Of a DNA stretch of 64,000 nucleotides, positions 16,343 through 30,758 are shown piece by piece. The DNA comes from Escherichia coli (GTDB lineage: Bacteria > Pseudomonadota > Gammaproteobacteria > Enterobacterales > Enterobacteriaceae), in NCBI RefSeq assembly GCF_041886205.1, contig NZ_CP169029.1; one strand, given 5' to 3'. A program made the translations under genes and the position numbers. The notes below the pieces were generated by a model. It searched no databases. It was not told the DNA's origin and saw only the letters and a list, made by a program, of their open reading frames with translations. The stretch's first letter is position 1. The number at the start of each line of letters is the position of its first letter.

Positions 16343-17725
16343 TTATCCCACCAGCATCCAGGTCGCCGGAACTGAGGCAATTAACAGCATGCCAATCAGC
16401 ACCATTTCCTGACGGTTCAGTACATTATCATGTGTATGCGTTTTGCGCGCATACAGGAAAACCAGCAGCCCCGGCGCATACAGAACAACGGATAACAGCA
16501 AGTGCATTGGACCAGAGGCGTACAATAACCATAAGCCATAAATGCAGGCACCGACACCTACCGCTTTATGCAGTGGACGGGTTGCGATTTTCAGCAAGAA
16601 CGCGCCGACCAGGAAATAGGGCACCAGAATCATTTCTGAGGCGATGGTCAGCAACGTGTTGTAATCGGAACCGGTCAGCCAGATGAGTACCAGACAAATT
16701 TGCACGCAGATGTTGGTCAGCCACAGTGAGGCGGATGGCGCAGCTTGTGCGTTCTGGCGCGCAAAAATGCGCGGGAATGCTTTATGAGTGGCGGCCAGGA
16801 ACGGAACTTCTGCTGCCATGATGGTCCAGCTTAAGTACGCGCCGCAAACGGAAACGATCAAACCGGCAGCGATGATGATTTCGCCCCACGGTCCCATCAT
16901 TTCCACCATCAGACCGGCCATTGACGGGTTACGAATTTCAGCCAGTTCAGGACGTGCCACCACACCCAGTGAAAGCAGCGTTACCAGCAAGTAAACGCCC
17001 AGAGCGGAGAGAACCGCCAGCAGTGTCGCTTTGCCAACATCACGTTTATTACGCGCACGCGCAGAAACAACCACGGCACCTTCCACACCAATGAAAACCC
17101 ACAGGGTGATCAGCATGGTGTTTTTCACCTGTTCCCAAACGGGTACGCCAAGTGCAAGTCCGGTGAAGTCGAGCTTGAAGGTATCCAGTTTGAACATCAT
17201 CATCGCCAGCACAACAAACAGACCCAGCGGCAACAATTTTGCCAGTGTCGCCACCAGGTTAATGCTGGCAGCGGTTTGCACCCCGCGCAGGATCAAAAAG
17301 TGAACAATCCACAATAAAGCCGATGCACCGACTATCGATTGCCAGGTATTACCATCGCCAAACAGGCGCAATTCCGGCGTGTCCGTAAAAAAGCTTAACG
17401 CGGAAAAAACGATCACCAGATAGGAGACGTTGGCGATGACTGCGCACAGCCAGTATCCCCATGCGGAACAAAAGCCGATTAGCTCGCCAAACCCTTCGCG
17501 GGCATAGGTAAAGATACCGCCGTCAAGTTCGGGACGAATGCGCGTGAGGATCAGCATGGCAAAGGCCAGCAATAAAATGCCAGCGCCAGTAATACCCCAG
17601 CCGATGAGCAGTGCTGCCGGGCTGGCAACTGCCGCCATATTTTGCGGCAGACTGAAAACACCCGCGCCCAGCATTGAGCTTAATACCAGCGCGGTGAGTG
17701 CGCTCAGTCCCAGTTTCTTTTCCAT
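16343..17725 (-). CDS. ydgI: APC-family amino acid antiporter (putative arginine:ornithine antiporter)
   Basis: 460-aa polytopic membrane ORF; K-12 synteny. Confidence 0.8.
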   Translation of the reverse strand: MEKKLGLSALTALVLSSMLGAGVFSLPQNMAAVASPAALLIGWGITGAGILLLAFAMLILTRIRPELDGGIFTYAREGFGELIGFCSAWGYWLCAVIANVSYLVIVFSALSFFTDTPELRLFGDGNTWQSIVGASALLWIVHFLILRGVQTAASINLVATLAKLLPLGLFVVLAMMMFKLDTFKLDFTGLALGVPVWEQVKNTMLITLWVFIGVEGAVVVSARARNKRDVGKATLLAVLSALGVYLLVTLLSLGVVARPELAEIRNPSMAGLMVEMMGPWGEIIIAAGLIVSVCGAYLSWTIMAAEVPFLAATHKAFPRIFARQNAQAAPSASLWLTNICVQICLVLIWLTGSDYNTLLTIASEMILVPYFLVGAFLLKIATRPLHKAVGVGACIYGLWLLYASGPMHLLLSVVLYAPGLLVFLYARKTHTHDNVLNRQEMVLIGMLLIASVPATWMLVG

Positions 17726-17910
17726 CGATATCCAGTGATTAAAACGTGATAAGAAGAATAAATATTAGGGCAAAACGCATAAAAATGGAGTTTGCCACTG
17801 AAGCGCGGGATTTTACGAAGAGATGTGTCTGCATGCAATGGTCGCGGGGAAATTTGTGACTAAAAATGCGAAAGGCGGCATCAAGCCGCCTTATAGGAGT
17901 AACTGAATAG

Positions 17911-18855
17911 TTATTTATACAGATCTGCGCTGACGGTCAGGTTATTACCACGTTCCTGCCACTGGCGGGTGATGTGGTAATACTTAGCACCTTTCTTCGC
18001 GGCACGTTTCGCAACCTGATAGGAGACTTCGGTCATGTTGCCGTAGTTGCCAGAGAATTTGATGCTGTCGAACGGGACCATCATCGCTGCGGTCGCTTTG
18101 TTCAGTTCTTCGACTTTAGTGCCATCCGGGAGCGTGACGGTGTAACGCCCGCCTTTTGATGACTGGGTTTCAAAGAAGCGACCGACTTCAGAACTTGGTG
18201 ATGCGGTAGTCGCAACACCCGGGATCTCAACTTTCTTCGCGGCTTCGCCACCGGCAGCCAGAGCTGCACGTCCTGCTTCGGAATCTGCCGGGATCACATC
18301 CGGGCTCTGGACGATACGTTTCTTAGCATCTTTTTTATAGATGAATGCAGTAATACGCTGGTTGCCGCCCTGGTTGGCATCGATTTGACGAACGATGTAG
18401 AAAGAGTAGGCACCTTTCGCTTTTGCCGCTTTGGTGATGGCATCATTGACTTCTGGCTGGCTACGATAGAAGCCCTGGACGGTGACCGTGTCAAACGGTT
18501 CAATCAGAACCGCCTGATCTTTCGGCAGTTCGACAACACCGTTAATTACGCGATTACTTGTTTCTTCTGCTTTTTCAGCATCGGCTTTATAGAGGTCAGC
18601 GACCACACGCCAGTTACCGCTGTTACCAAAATCAGAAGTGTCGACAACATAAAAAGAGGCGGCACCTTCTTTATCTGCGCGACGAGAAACGGCTTTCACC
18701 GCTTCGCCAATAGCATTAAAACGACCGGTAACCACTACACGGTCAAAAGGTTTAACCGCTGCCGCTTGCTCCGGTGTCAGTTCTGTTGCTGCGTTAACGG
18801 AGAATGCCGTAGCAGAAAGCAGTGCCGACGCCAGGAGGGTGTTCTTAAGCTTCAT
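17911..18855 (-). CDS. ydgH: periplasmic protein with three DUF1471 (YdgH/BhsA/McbA-like) repeats
   Basis: 314-aa ORF with signal peptide and three internally repeated roughly 90-aa modules. Confidence 0.8.
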   Translation of the reverse strand: MKLKNTLLASALLSATAFSVNAATELTPEQAAAVKPFDRVVVTGRFNAIGEAVKAVSRRADKEGAASFYVVDTSDFGNSGNWRVVADLYKADAEKAEETSNRVINGVVELPKDQAVLIEPFDTVTVQGFYRSQPEVNDAITKAAKAKGAYSFYIVRQIDANQGGNQRITAFIYKKDAKKRIVQSPDVIPADSEAGRAALAAGGEAAKKVEIPGVATTASPSSEVGRFFETQSSKGGRYTVTLPDGTKVEELNKATAAMMVPFDSIKFSGNYGNMTEVSYQVAKRAAKKGAKYYHITRQWQERGNNLTVSADLYK

Positions 18856-19315
18856 AAAAATAATCCTTCGCCTTGCGCAAACCAGGTACTGGTATTGTTA
18901 TTAACGAGAAACGTGGCTGATTATTGCATTTAAACGGTGTAACTGTCTGCGTCATTTTTCATATCACATTCCTTAAGCCAATTTTAATCCTGCTCAAATG
19001 ACCGTCTATGCTTAAAAAACAGCCGTATCAGCATCAATACTACTGAAGCAACTGAATTGTATAAGTTAATTTAATGTTAAGTAGTGATTCGTGTCGGGGC
19101 GATGTCTCGTTTTATCCGACCGTCGAAGACAATTATCAGTCTTTATCCGGCGTTCTAAGGTGTTTATCCCACTATCACGGCTGAATCGTTAATATTTTGC
19201 GAGTTCACGCCGAAATACTGATTTTTGGCGCTAGATCACAGGCATAATTTTCAGTACGTTATAGAGCGTTTGTTACTAATTTATTTTAACGGAGTAACAT
19301 TTAGCTCGTACATGA

Positions 19316-20911
<1,596 letters not shown>

Positions 20912-20918
20912 GGGGTAA

Positions 20919-22310
<1,392 letters not shown>

Positions 22311-22314
22311 CCCT

Positions 22315-22344
22315 GACGGCCTCTGCTGAGGCCGTCACTCTTTA
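22315..22344. terminator. hairpin between convergent pntB and tqsA, probable terminator
   Basis: Inverted repeat GACGGCCTC...GAGGCCGTC; overlaps the tqsA stop codon. Confidence 0.55.
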
Positions 22345-23369
22345 TTGAGATCGCTTAACAGAACGGCGATGCTTTGACCTCCCGCTGTTTGTTCAAGCGC
22401 AATTTTGACAATAATTGTCAACGGCACGGAAAGCAGCATACCCACCGGTCCTAACAACCATCCCCAAAAAATCAACGACAAAAATACCACCAATGTGGAA
22501 AGCCCCAGCCCACGCCCCATGATGCGTGGCTCCAGAATATTGCCGAAGACCAGATTAATCAGCAGATATCCCGCCAGCACCAGCAACGCTTCGTAGAAGC
22601 CATTAAACACCAGTACCTGAGCGATAGGGGGAATTGCTGCGAGAACTGAACCAATATTAGGGATGTAATTAAGCGCAAAGGCCAGCAATCCCCAGACAAA
22701 AGCGAAGCGAACATCGAGTGCGGCGAGCATCGCCCAGGCGACCAGGCCGGTGATGATGCTGATGGCTGTTTTCAGCACCAGATAATGAGACACACTGTCA
22801 ATCGCACGCTGAATCGCCGCCATCCCTTCAACCGGACGCGCCATCATTTGCTGAAATTTTCCGGGCAATTGTGGCACTTCGAGCAGCATAAACAGCACCG
22901 TCAGCAGCAATAAAAATATTGATGACATGGCATTAGATAACTGCGTCAATAAGTTGGTGAGCAACGTCATCGCCGCGTTCGGATCTATGTAATGCGCCAG
23001 TTGGTCAACTGAGACGTCAATCCCTACGCGTTGCAACAACGGCTCAAGAGCTTGCAGCGGCGTCATAATAGAGTTGCGATATTGCGGTAACGTCCGCGTC
23101 AACTCGTTGAGCGCGGAACCCAGATAAGCTAACAGCAACACCATCGCCATCACGATGATGGTCATCAAAATCGACACTGCCAGTACACGCGGCACACGCC
23201 AGCGGACCATGTGTTGCACCAGCGGGTTAAGAATAACAGCAATAAATAATGCGAGAATAAACGGCACGATGATCTCGGCGGCAAAACGGATACCGCAGAG
23301 AATAATGACCAGCATTCCCAACATAATGACGATTTTTAGGCCATTGAGCGTGATGATCGGCTTTGCCAT
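22335..23369 (-). CDS. tqsA: AI-2 exporter family membrane protein (PerM/TqsA)
   Basis: 344-aa polytopic ORF; K-12 synteny. Confidence 0.85.
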
Positions 23370-23780
23370 GCTTGTCCCCGTTTTTTCTTCCTTTGCTAAT
23401 AATAATGTCTTTTTCGCTCCGTCATCATAACGAAAATCAAACCGCTCAGGTAAAGAAGTGAAAATATTTTGAGTTAATTCTTAAGCTATGATACAAATCA
23501 GGCGTGTTCAACTACCGAGGACAATTATCATCCGCGATGACGAGAAGCAACACTGCGGATAATTGTAATATTATGGACAATTTGTTCAGGACGTTATTTT
23601 CTAAATTTACCCATCTTCGTACCTCATCCACTATCTTGCTCGTAGGTGAGCAGCACTGGCGCAACGCGCTTTAGTCCTTTCTTCTGCCAAAGCTTGCGCT
23701 ATGCGCGGGGCTTGACCAGTTTACTTTGGTTTCGCTGAATTAAGCGAAAATTAAAATAATTCTCTTGCAGGAGAAGGACA

Positions 23781-24146
23781 ATGTATATTTATTGGATTTT
23801 ATTAGGTCTGGCTATTGCTACGGAAATTACCGGTACGCTGTCCATGAAATGGGCGAGCGTCAGTGAGGGAAATGGCGGCTTTATTTTAATGCTGGTGATG
23901 ATTTCTCTGTCGTATATATTTCTCTCTTTCGCCGTTAAAAAAATCGCCTTAGGCGTAGCTTATGCGCTGTGGGAAGGTATCGGTATTTTATTTATTACCT
24001 TGTTTAGCGTTTTGTTATTCGACGAAAGTTTATCGCTGATGAAAATTGCCGGGTTAACCACCCTGGTCGCCGGGATTGTGTTGATAAAATCAGGTACCCG
24101 TAAAGCGCGTAAACCTGAACTGGAGGTGAACCATGGCGCAGTTTGA
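23781..24146 (+). CDS. mdtJ: SMR-family spermidine exporter subunit
   Basis: 121-aa four-helix SMR protein; overlapping pair with mdtI. Confidence 0.85.
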
Positions 24147-24462
24147 ATGGGTTCACGCCGCCTGGCTGGCATTGGCAATCGTGCTGGAAATCGTTGCTAA
24201 CGTCTTTTTGAAATTTTCTGACGGCTTTCGTCGCAAAATATTTGGCTTGCTCTCCCTGGCGGCGGTGCTGGCTGCCTTTAGTGCGCTTTCTCAGGCCGTT
24301 AAAGGGATCGACTTGTCTGTCGCTTATGCATTGTGGGGCGGGTTTGGTATTGCCGCCACGTTAGCCGCAGGTTGGATCTTGTTTGGTCAACGGTTAAATC
24401 GTAAAGGCTGGATTGGCCTGGTCTTGCTGTTGGCTGGAATGATCATGGTGAAACTTGCCTGA
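24133..24462 (+). CDS. mdtI: SMR-family spermidine exporter subunit
   Basis: 109-aa SMR protein; 14-bp overlap with mdtJ. Confidence 0.85.
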
Positions 24463-24500
24463 TGAACACGCTGCCCGCGCTGTCGGGCAGCGTTTGAACA

Positions 24501-25322
24501 TTATTTTTGCGACAGTTGATCCAGCTTGTCGCGAAAACCGGTAACAGAAATGGCCCGGTTATCGGCGCGCCAGCGATCTTTCGCGGCAGGAGCCGAACTT
24601 TGCACCCCAATTAATTGCCAGCCGTCATCGGTATGCAACATCAGAGGCGAACCGCTGTCACCCGGCAAGGTATCGCACTGATGTGACATCACCGACGTTT
24701 GCGCCCAGCCAGTCACTTCACAGTTTTGATGACTGTACAACGTATCGAGATGATCTTCAGGGTATCCCGCCTGAGTCACTTTACGACCTGCCGCTTTTAA
24801 TGCGGCGGTAAGCGCGGCTTTATCTCCCTCAAATAACGGCAACGGCGTAATGCCAGAAGGGGGATTACGTAGCACAATCAATCCGAAGTCCCACGGCGCG
24901 GCTGCGGGAGGTACAATCCAACCATCCCCATCTGCTTTTAACCGCTTTCCCAGTGTCGGATCAACGCGGCCTTCTATGTCGTGGATCTCATAGCGCCAAA
25001 GACCTTTATTTGACACAAAACGCAGCGCCACTGCTTTATCGGCTTTACCCTTTGGAGGTGTCAATAAACAGTGTCCTGCCGTTAATGCCAGATTGGGTGC
25101 AATCAGCGTCGCCGTACATAAATTGCCGCTGGCCGTTTCCAGTTGCCCAACCGCATCCCACGGTAATTGGGTCGTGTCATTCACTGGCACACGATCATCA
25201 TGACCAAAAAACAGGGTGCTGACCTCATCGTTTGCCGATTTGGCAACGTCTGGTTTATCTGCAAACACAAAAGCAGACGTCAAACTAATTGCACCCAACA
25301 CTACAGCAATGGTTGTACGCAT
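24501..25322 (-). CDS. ydgD: secreted trypsin-like serine peptidase
   Basis: 273-aa ORF with signal peptide and serine-protease motifs TAGHC and GDSGSP. Confidence 0.8.
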   Translation of the reverse strand: MRTTIAVVLGAISLTSAFVFADKPDVAKSANDEVSTLFFGHDDRVPVNDTTQLPWDAVGQLETASGNLCTATLIAPNLALTAGHCLLTPPKGKADKAVALRFVSNKGLWRYEIHDIEGRVDPTLGKRLKADGDGWIVPPAAAPWDFGLIVLRNPPSGITPLPLFEGDKAALTAALKAAGRKVTQAGYPEDHLDTLYSHQNCEVTGWAQTSVMSHQCDTLPGDSGSPLMLHTDDGWQLIGVQSSAPAAKDRWRADNRAISVTGFRDKLDQLSQK

Positions 25323-25597
25323 ATCACACTCTGGTGGGTAATTATGATTATTAAAAGCAAACCCTCATAAATACTATAGACGGGACGGGATGAAAGTGGG
25401 AGTAAAATCAGATAACTACAGTCAGGAAAGATAAAAACGGGCGGCAATCAGTGCGCATAAAATAAGGATGATAAGAATGAACTCAAAGCGATAACGGCCC
25501 ACCATACTACCCTCCGCTAAAGGCGGTGCTAAACGTTACCCGCTTAGCACCGTAATTTTCAGGCGCGAGGGGGCGCGCCAGCATTACTGTTGAAAAC

Positions 25598-25906
25598 TTA
25601 CGCTGCGGGTTGTGCAGCAGGTTTTGCCGGTTGCTGATGGCTGTGTTTCCCGGCGTGTTTCTTCGCTGCCTGCGCTTTTTGTTCAGGGGCTTTATGTTCA
25701 GCTTTCGTATTTTTATGATGCTTTTTAGCCGCCTGCGCTTTCTGGGCAGGTGCTGCTTTATGCTGTTTTTTATGATGTGTAGTTTTCGCCGGCGCTGCTT
25801 TGGTGGTCGTCGCAGTCGGAGCAGGTGTGGTCGCAGTCTCTGCAGCAAAGGCGGCAGAAGACAGACCCATAGCAGCGGCAACAACCAGAGCTAATACTTT
25901 TTTCAT
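25598..25906 (-). CDS. asr: acid shock protein (low-complexity, Lys/Ala/His-rich periplasmic protein)
   Basis: Start trimmed to ATG giving 102 aa (MKKVLALVV...); internally repetitive basic sequence. Confidence 0.85.
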   Translation of the reverse strand: MKKVLALVVAAAMGLSSAAFAAETATTPAPTATTTKAAPAKTTHHKKQHKAAPAQKAQAAKKHHKNTKAEHKAPEQKAQAAKKHAGKHSHQQPAKPAAQPAA

Positions 25907-26329
25907 TGTCATACCCTCAATTTGTTTTTTCATTTAACCCCACTGCGGGGCCGTTGAAATAACTATATCCCTGGGAATGGCAGACTTCCGTGAGTGGTTG
26001 GTTTCAGCGTGTAACGATATGTACAAACGCTGAATAAATTACAGCATTGATAATAACGTATTGTGACTTAAGGGAAATTTAGCTACCAATAATAGTAGTC
26101 TTGATCGGGTTAACTATTTTACTACTTACAAAGCGGTAGAATAACTGCGCATCAGTAATAAATGACACACAGCAAAATGAATCCGTTTATTTGGGTACTT
26201 ATAATCCTGATGACGCTAGACGCGCTGCGGGAATTGGCTGGCGCTTCGTCTATTTTAGGATGGCTATTAACGTTGGTTTGAGCAAGCAATAAGTCCGGAC
26301 GGGTAGTTACCGCAGTCCGGACTTATTTT

Positions 26330-27583
26330 TCAGGCGTGCAGACGACGATGCAAACGCGTCCCGACCAGCAGAGCAATGACCAGCATCAGAGCAATAAATG
26401 CGCCGACGCCGTTCCAGCCATAGTTATGCCAGAAAACACCACCCAGCGTCCCGGCAATACTCGACCCCAGATAGTAACTGAACAGATACAGCGAGGAGGC
26501 CTGGCCTTTAGCGCGTTTTGCGCGGGGGCCAATCCAGCTGCTGGCAACTGAGTGGGCTGCGAAGAATCCTGCTGAGAAGAGTAACATTCCGGCAAAGATC
26601 AGCCACAGCGAGCTGAATAAGGTCATCAGTAAACCAAACAGCATAACCCCCGTCGAAAACAACATCACCGGACCGCGCCCGTAGCGGGTGGTCATGGTTC
26701 CGGCTTTGGGTGAGCTCCATGTACCGGTCAAATAAGCCAGCGATAATAAGCCAACCACGGCCTGACTGACATGCCAGGGGGAAAGCATCAACCGATAGCC
26801 GATGTAATTAAACAGCGTGACGAACGACCCCATCAGCAAAAAGCCTTCTGCGAACAATAACGGTAATCCCCGGTCACGCCAGTGCAGACGAAAGTTGATA
26901 AACAACGTCTTAGGGCGCAGCGAAGTCGGGCGAAAATGGCGTGATTCCGGGAGGATTTTCCAGAACATCAACGCCGAGGCCAGCGCGAAACAACCGATTG
27001 CCGCCAGAGCAATTCGCCAGTTGAAAAAGTCCGTGAAGACACCGCTAATTAAGCGTCCGCTCATGCCGCCAATTGAGTTGCCGCTGATATACAACCCCAT
27101 TGAAAAGGCCACGAAACTGGGGTGGATTTCCTCGCTAAGATAAGTCATGCCAACAGCTGCCACGCCACTTAACGAAAGCCCAATCAAGGCGCGCATAATC
27201 AAAATGCCGTGCCAGCTGGTCATCATTGTCGAAAGTAACGTACAAATGGAGGCCAACAGTAGCGCCGTGACCATCACTGGTTTGCGACCAATGGCATCGG
27301 ATAGGGGGCCAGTAAACAGCAAACCAATAGCCAACATCGCCGTGGAAATGGACAGTGAAATACTACTGTTCGCGGGGGTTAAGCCAAACTCCTGCGAAAG
27401 CACCGGAAGGATAGGCTGCACACAATAGAGAAGTGCAAATGTTGCCAGTCCGGCAGAGAACAGCGCCAGGGTGACGCGCATAAATTGCGGCGTACCGCGT
27501 TTAATAAATTGATTTGGCTGAGAAATGCTTTGCTTGTCAGTGTCGCTTGCCGGAGCGCCATCAACAGTTGTAGTACGGCTCAC
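26330..27583 (-). CDS. ynfM: MFS transporter
   Basis: 417-aa 12-TM ORF; divergent from a LysR regulator as in K-12. Confidence 0.8.
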   Translation of the reverse strand: MSRTTTVDGAPASDTDKQSISQPNQFIKRGTPQFMRVTLALFSAGLATFALLYCVQPILPVLSQEFGLTPANSSISLSISTAMLAIGLLFTGPLSDAIGRKPVMVTALLLASICTLLSTMMTSWHGILIMRALIGLSLSGVAAVGMTYLSEEIHPSFVAFSMGLYISGNSIGGMSGRLISGVFTDFFNWRIALAAIGCFALASALMFWKILPESRHFRPTSLRPKTLFINFRLHWRDRGLPLLFAEGFLLMGSFVTLFNYIGYRLMLSPWHVSQAVVGLLSLAYLTGTWSSPKAGTMTTRYGRGPVMLFSTGVMLFGLLMTLFSSLWLIFAGMLLFSAGFFAAHSVASSWIGPRAKRAKGQASSLYLFSYYLGSSIAGTLGGVFWHNYGWNGVGAFIALMLVIALLVGTRLHRRLHA

Positions 27584-27689
27584 TTGAAATCCTTGCTAAA
27601 TATGCCTGTGGATCAGGCTTATACATAGGGTAGGAAAATCGAATTGTTCTGTCTAATATATTAATAATCTCAAATAAGATGTTTTAAAT

Positions 27690-28583
27690 ATGAATATTGA
27701 ACTTCGTCATCTGCGTTACTTTGTTGCTGTTGCGGAAGAGCTGCATTTCGGGCGCGCCGCTGCCCGCCTGAATATTTCGCAACCGCCGCTAAGTCAGCAG
27801 ATTCAGGCGCTGGAGCAACAAATTGGTGCCCGACTGCTGGCACGAACCAATCGCAGTGTATTGCTGACGGCAGCAGGAAAACAGTTTCTTGCAGATAGTC
27901 GGCAAATCCTGTCTATGGTGGATGACGCTGCCGCTCGCGCTGAAAGACTGCATCAGGGTGAAGCGGGGGAGTTGCGCATTGGTTTTACTTCGTCCGCTCC
28001 TTTTATTCGGGCGGTGTCCGATACGTTATCGCTGTTTCGCCGTGATTATCCCGATGTCCATTTACAAACCCGCGAAATGAACACTCGCGAGCAAATCGCT
28101 CCGCTCATTGAAGGAACGCTGGATATGGGATTGCTGCGTAACACAGCGTTACCGGAGACGCTTGAACACGCAGTCATCGTCCATGAACCGCTTATGGCGA
28201 TGATCCCGCACGATCATCCCCTGGCAAATAACCCGAATGTAACGCTGGCTGAACTGGCGAAAGAACCCTTCGTCTTTTTTGATCCGCACGTCGGGACAGG
28301 GCTGTATGACGATATTCTCGGGCTGATGCGACGTTACCATTTGACGCCCGTCATCACTCAGGAGGTGGGCGAGGCAATGACCATCATCGGTCTGGTTTCC
28401 GCCGGTCTGGGTGTTTCAATTTTGCCTGCTTCATTTAAACGTGTTCAGCTCAACGAAATGCGCTGGGTGCCGATTGCTGAAGAGGATGCGGTTTCTGAAA
28501 TGTGGTTGGTCTGGCCGAAACATCATGAACAAAGTCCGGCTGCGCGTAACTTTCGTATTCATCTGCTGAATGCTCTCAGGTGA
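27690..28583 (+). CDS. ynfL: LysR-family transcriptional regulator
   Basis: 297-aa ORF with N-terminal LysR HTH. Confidence 0.8.
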   Translation: MNIELRHLRYFVAVAEELHFGRAAARLNISQPPLSQQIQALEQQIGARLLARTNRSVLLTAAGKQFLADSRQILSMVDDAAARAERLHQGEAGELRIGFTSSAPFIRAVSDTLSLFRRDYPDVHLQTREMNTREQIAPLIEGTLDMGLLRNTALPETLEHAVIVHEPLMAMIPHDHPLANNPNVTLAELAKEPFVFFDPHVGTGLYDDILGLMRRYHLTPVITQEVGEAMTIIGLVSAGLGVSILPASFKRVQLNEMRWVPIAEEDAVSEMWLVWPKHHEQSPAARNFRIHLLNALR

Positions 28584-28717
28584 GGGAAATTTCAGCGAAA
28601 AAGCCCGAAAAATGTGCTGTTAATCACATGCCTAAGTAAAAATTTGACGACACGTATTGAAGTGCTTCACCATAGCCTACAGATTATTTCGGAGCGCGAA
28701 AATATAGGGAGTATGCG

Positions 28718-29938
28718 GTGGTTGCTGAAAACCAGCCTGGGCACATTGATCAAATAAAGCAGACCAACGCGGGCGCGGTTTATCGCCTGATTGATCAGCT
28801 TGGTCCAGTCTCGCGTATCGATCTTTCCCGTCTGGCGCAGCTGGCTCCTGCCAGTATCACTAAAATTGTCCGTGAGATGCTCGAAGCACACCTGGTGCAA
28901 GAGCTGGAAATCAAAGAAGCGGGGAACCGTGGCCGTCCGGCGGTGGGGCTGGTGGTTGAAACTGAAGCCTGGCACTATCTTTCTCTGCGCATTAGTCGCG
29001 GGGAGATTTTCCTTGCTCTGCGCGATCTGAGCAGCAAACTGGTGGTGGAAGAGTCGCAGGAACTGGCGTTAAAAGATGACTCGCCATTGCTGGATCGTAT
29101 CATTTCCCATATCGATCAGTTTTTTATCCGCCACCAGAAAAAACTTGAGCGTCTAACTTCGATTGCCATAACCCTGCCGGGAATTATTGATACGGAAAAT
29201 GGTATTGTACATCGCATGCCGTTCTACGAGGATGTAAAAGAGATGCCGCTCGGCGAGGCGCTGGAGCAGCATACCGGCGTTCCGGTTTATATTCAGCATG
29301 ATATCAGCGCATGGACGATGGCAGAGGCCTTGTTTGGTGCCTCACGCGGGGCGCGCGATGTGATTCAGGTGGTTATCGATCACAACGTGGGGGCGGGCGT
29401 CATTACCGATGGTCATCTGCTACACGCAGGCAGCAGTAGTCTCGTGGAAATAGGCCACACACAGGTCGACCCGTATGGGAAACGCTGTTATTGCGGGAAT
29501 CACGGCTGCCTCGAAACCATCGCCAGCGTGGACAGTATTCTTGAGCTGGCACAGCTGCGTCTTAATCAATCCATGAGCTCGATGTTACATGGACAACCGT
29601 TAACCGTGGACTCATTGTGTCAGGCGGCATTGCGCGGCGATCTACTGGCAAAAGACATCATTACCGGGGTGGGCGCGCATGTCGGGCGCATTCTTGCCAT
29701 CATGGTGAATTTATTTAACCCACAAAAAATACTGATTGGCTCACCGTTAAGTAAAGCGGCAGATATCCTCTTCCCGGTCATCTCAGACAGCATCCGTCAG
29801 CAGGCCCTTCCTGCGTATAGTCAGCACATCAGCGTTGAGAGTACTCAGTTTTCTAACCAGGGCACGATGGCAGGCGCTGCACTGGTAAAAGACGCGATGT
29901 ATAACGGTTCTTTGTTGATTCGTCTGTTGCAGGGTTAA
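28718..29938 (+). CDS. mlc: ROK-family global repressor Mlc (DgsA)
   Basis: 406-aa ORF with ROK motifs and Cys cluster CYCGNHGC; GTG start as known for mlc. Confidence 0.9.
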   Translation: MVAENQPGHIDQIKQTNAGAVYRLIDQLGPVSRIDLSRLAQLAPASITKIVREMLEAHLVQELEIKEAGNRGRPAVGLVVETEAWHYLSLRISRGEIFLALRDLSSKLVVEESQELALKDDSPLLDRIISHIDQFFIRHQKKLERLTSIAITLPGIIDTENGIVHRMPFYEDVKEMPLGEALEQHTGVPVYIQHDISAWTMAEALFGASRGARDVIQVVIDHNVGAGVITDGHLLHAGSSSLVEIGHTQVDPYGKRCYCGNHGCLETIASVDSILELAQLRLNQSMSSMLHGQPLTVDSLCQAALRGDLLAKDIITGVGAHVGRILAIMVNLFNPQKILIGSPLSKAADILFPVISDSIRQQALPAYSQHISVESTQFSNQGTMAGAALVKDAMYNGSLLIRLLQG

Positions 29939-30062
29939 CATTTTTTAACTGTTCTACCAAAATTTGCGCTATCTCAATTTGGGCCAGGAAAGCATAACTT
30001 AGACTTTCAAGGTTAATTATTTTCCTGGTTTATATTTGTGAAGCATAACGGTGGAGTTAGTG

Positions 30063-30758
30063 ATGCTGAAGCGTTTCTTTATTACCGGTACAGACACTTC
30101 TGTAGGGAAAACGGTGGTTTCCCGCGCATTGCTACAAGCGTTAGCCTCCCAGGGAAAAACGGTTGCGGGATATAAACCCGTAGCGAAGGGGAGCAAAGAG
30201 ACACCCGAAGGGCTGCGTAATAAAGATGCCCTGGTGTTGCAGAGTGTTTCAACCATCGAACTGCCTTATGAAGCAGTTAATCCTATCGCGTTAAGCGAAG
30301 AAGAAAGTAGCGTGGCGCACAGTTGCCCAATCAATTACACCCTCATTTCAAACGGCCTGGCAAACCTGACCGAAAAAGTCGATCATGTCGTGGTAGAAGG
30401 GACTGGCGGCTGGCGCAGTCTGATGAATGATTTGCGTCCACTCTCTGAATGGGTAGTGCAGGAACAACTGCCGGTGTTGATGGTTGTCGGTATTCAGGAA
30501 GGTTGCATTAACCATGCACTGCTAACAGCTCAGGCGATCGCCAACGACGGGCTGCCGCTCATTGGCTGGGTGGCTAACCGAATCAACCCAGGACTGGCGC
30601 ATTATGCGGAAATCATTGATGTGCTGGGTAAAAAACTTCCGGCACCGCTCATTGGTGAACTGCCTTATCTGCCGCGCGCCGAACAGCGTGAACTGGGGCA
30701 ATACATCCGCTTAGCTATGCTGCGCAGTGTGCTGGCGGTAGATAGAGTCACGGTGTAA
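30063..30758 (+). CDS. ynfK: dethiobiotin synthetase paralogue (BioD-like)
   Basis: ORF trimmed to ATG at 30063 ([12 protein letters not shown]), 231 aa, P-loop-like N-terminus. Confidence 0.8.

Noticed and set aside
25610-25894. 94-aa plus-strand ORF and 125-aa minus-strand ORF overlapping asr
   Set aside because: Alternative frames of the low-complexity, repetitive asr coding sequence; asr itself explains the region
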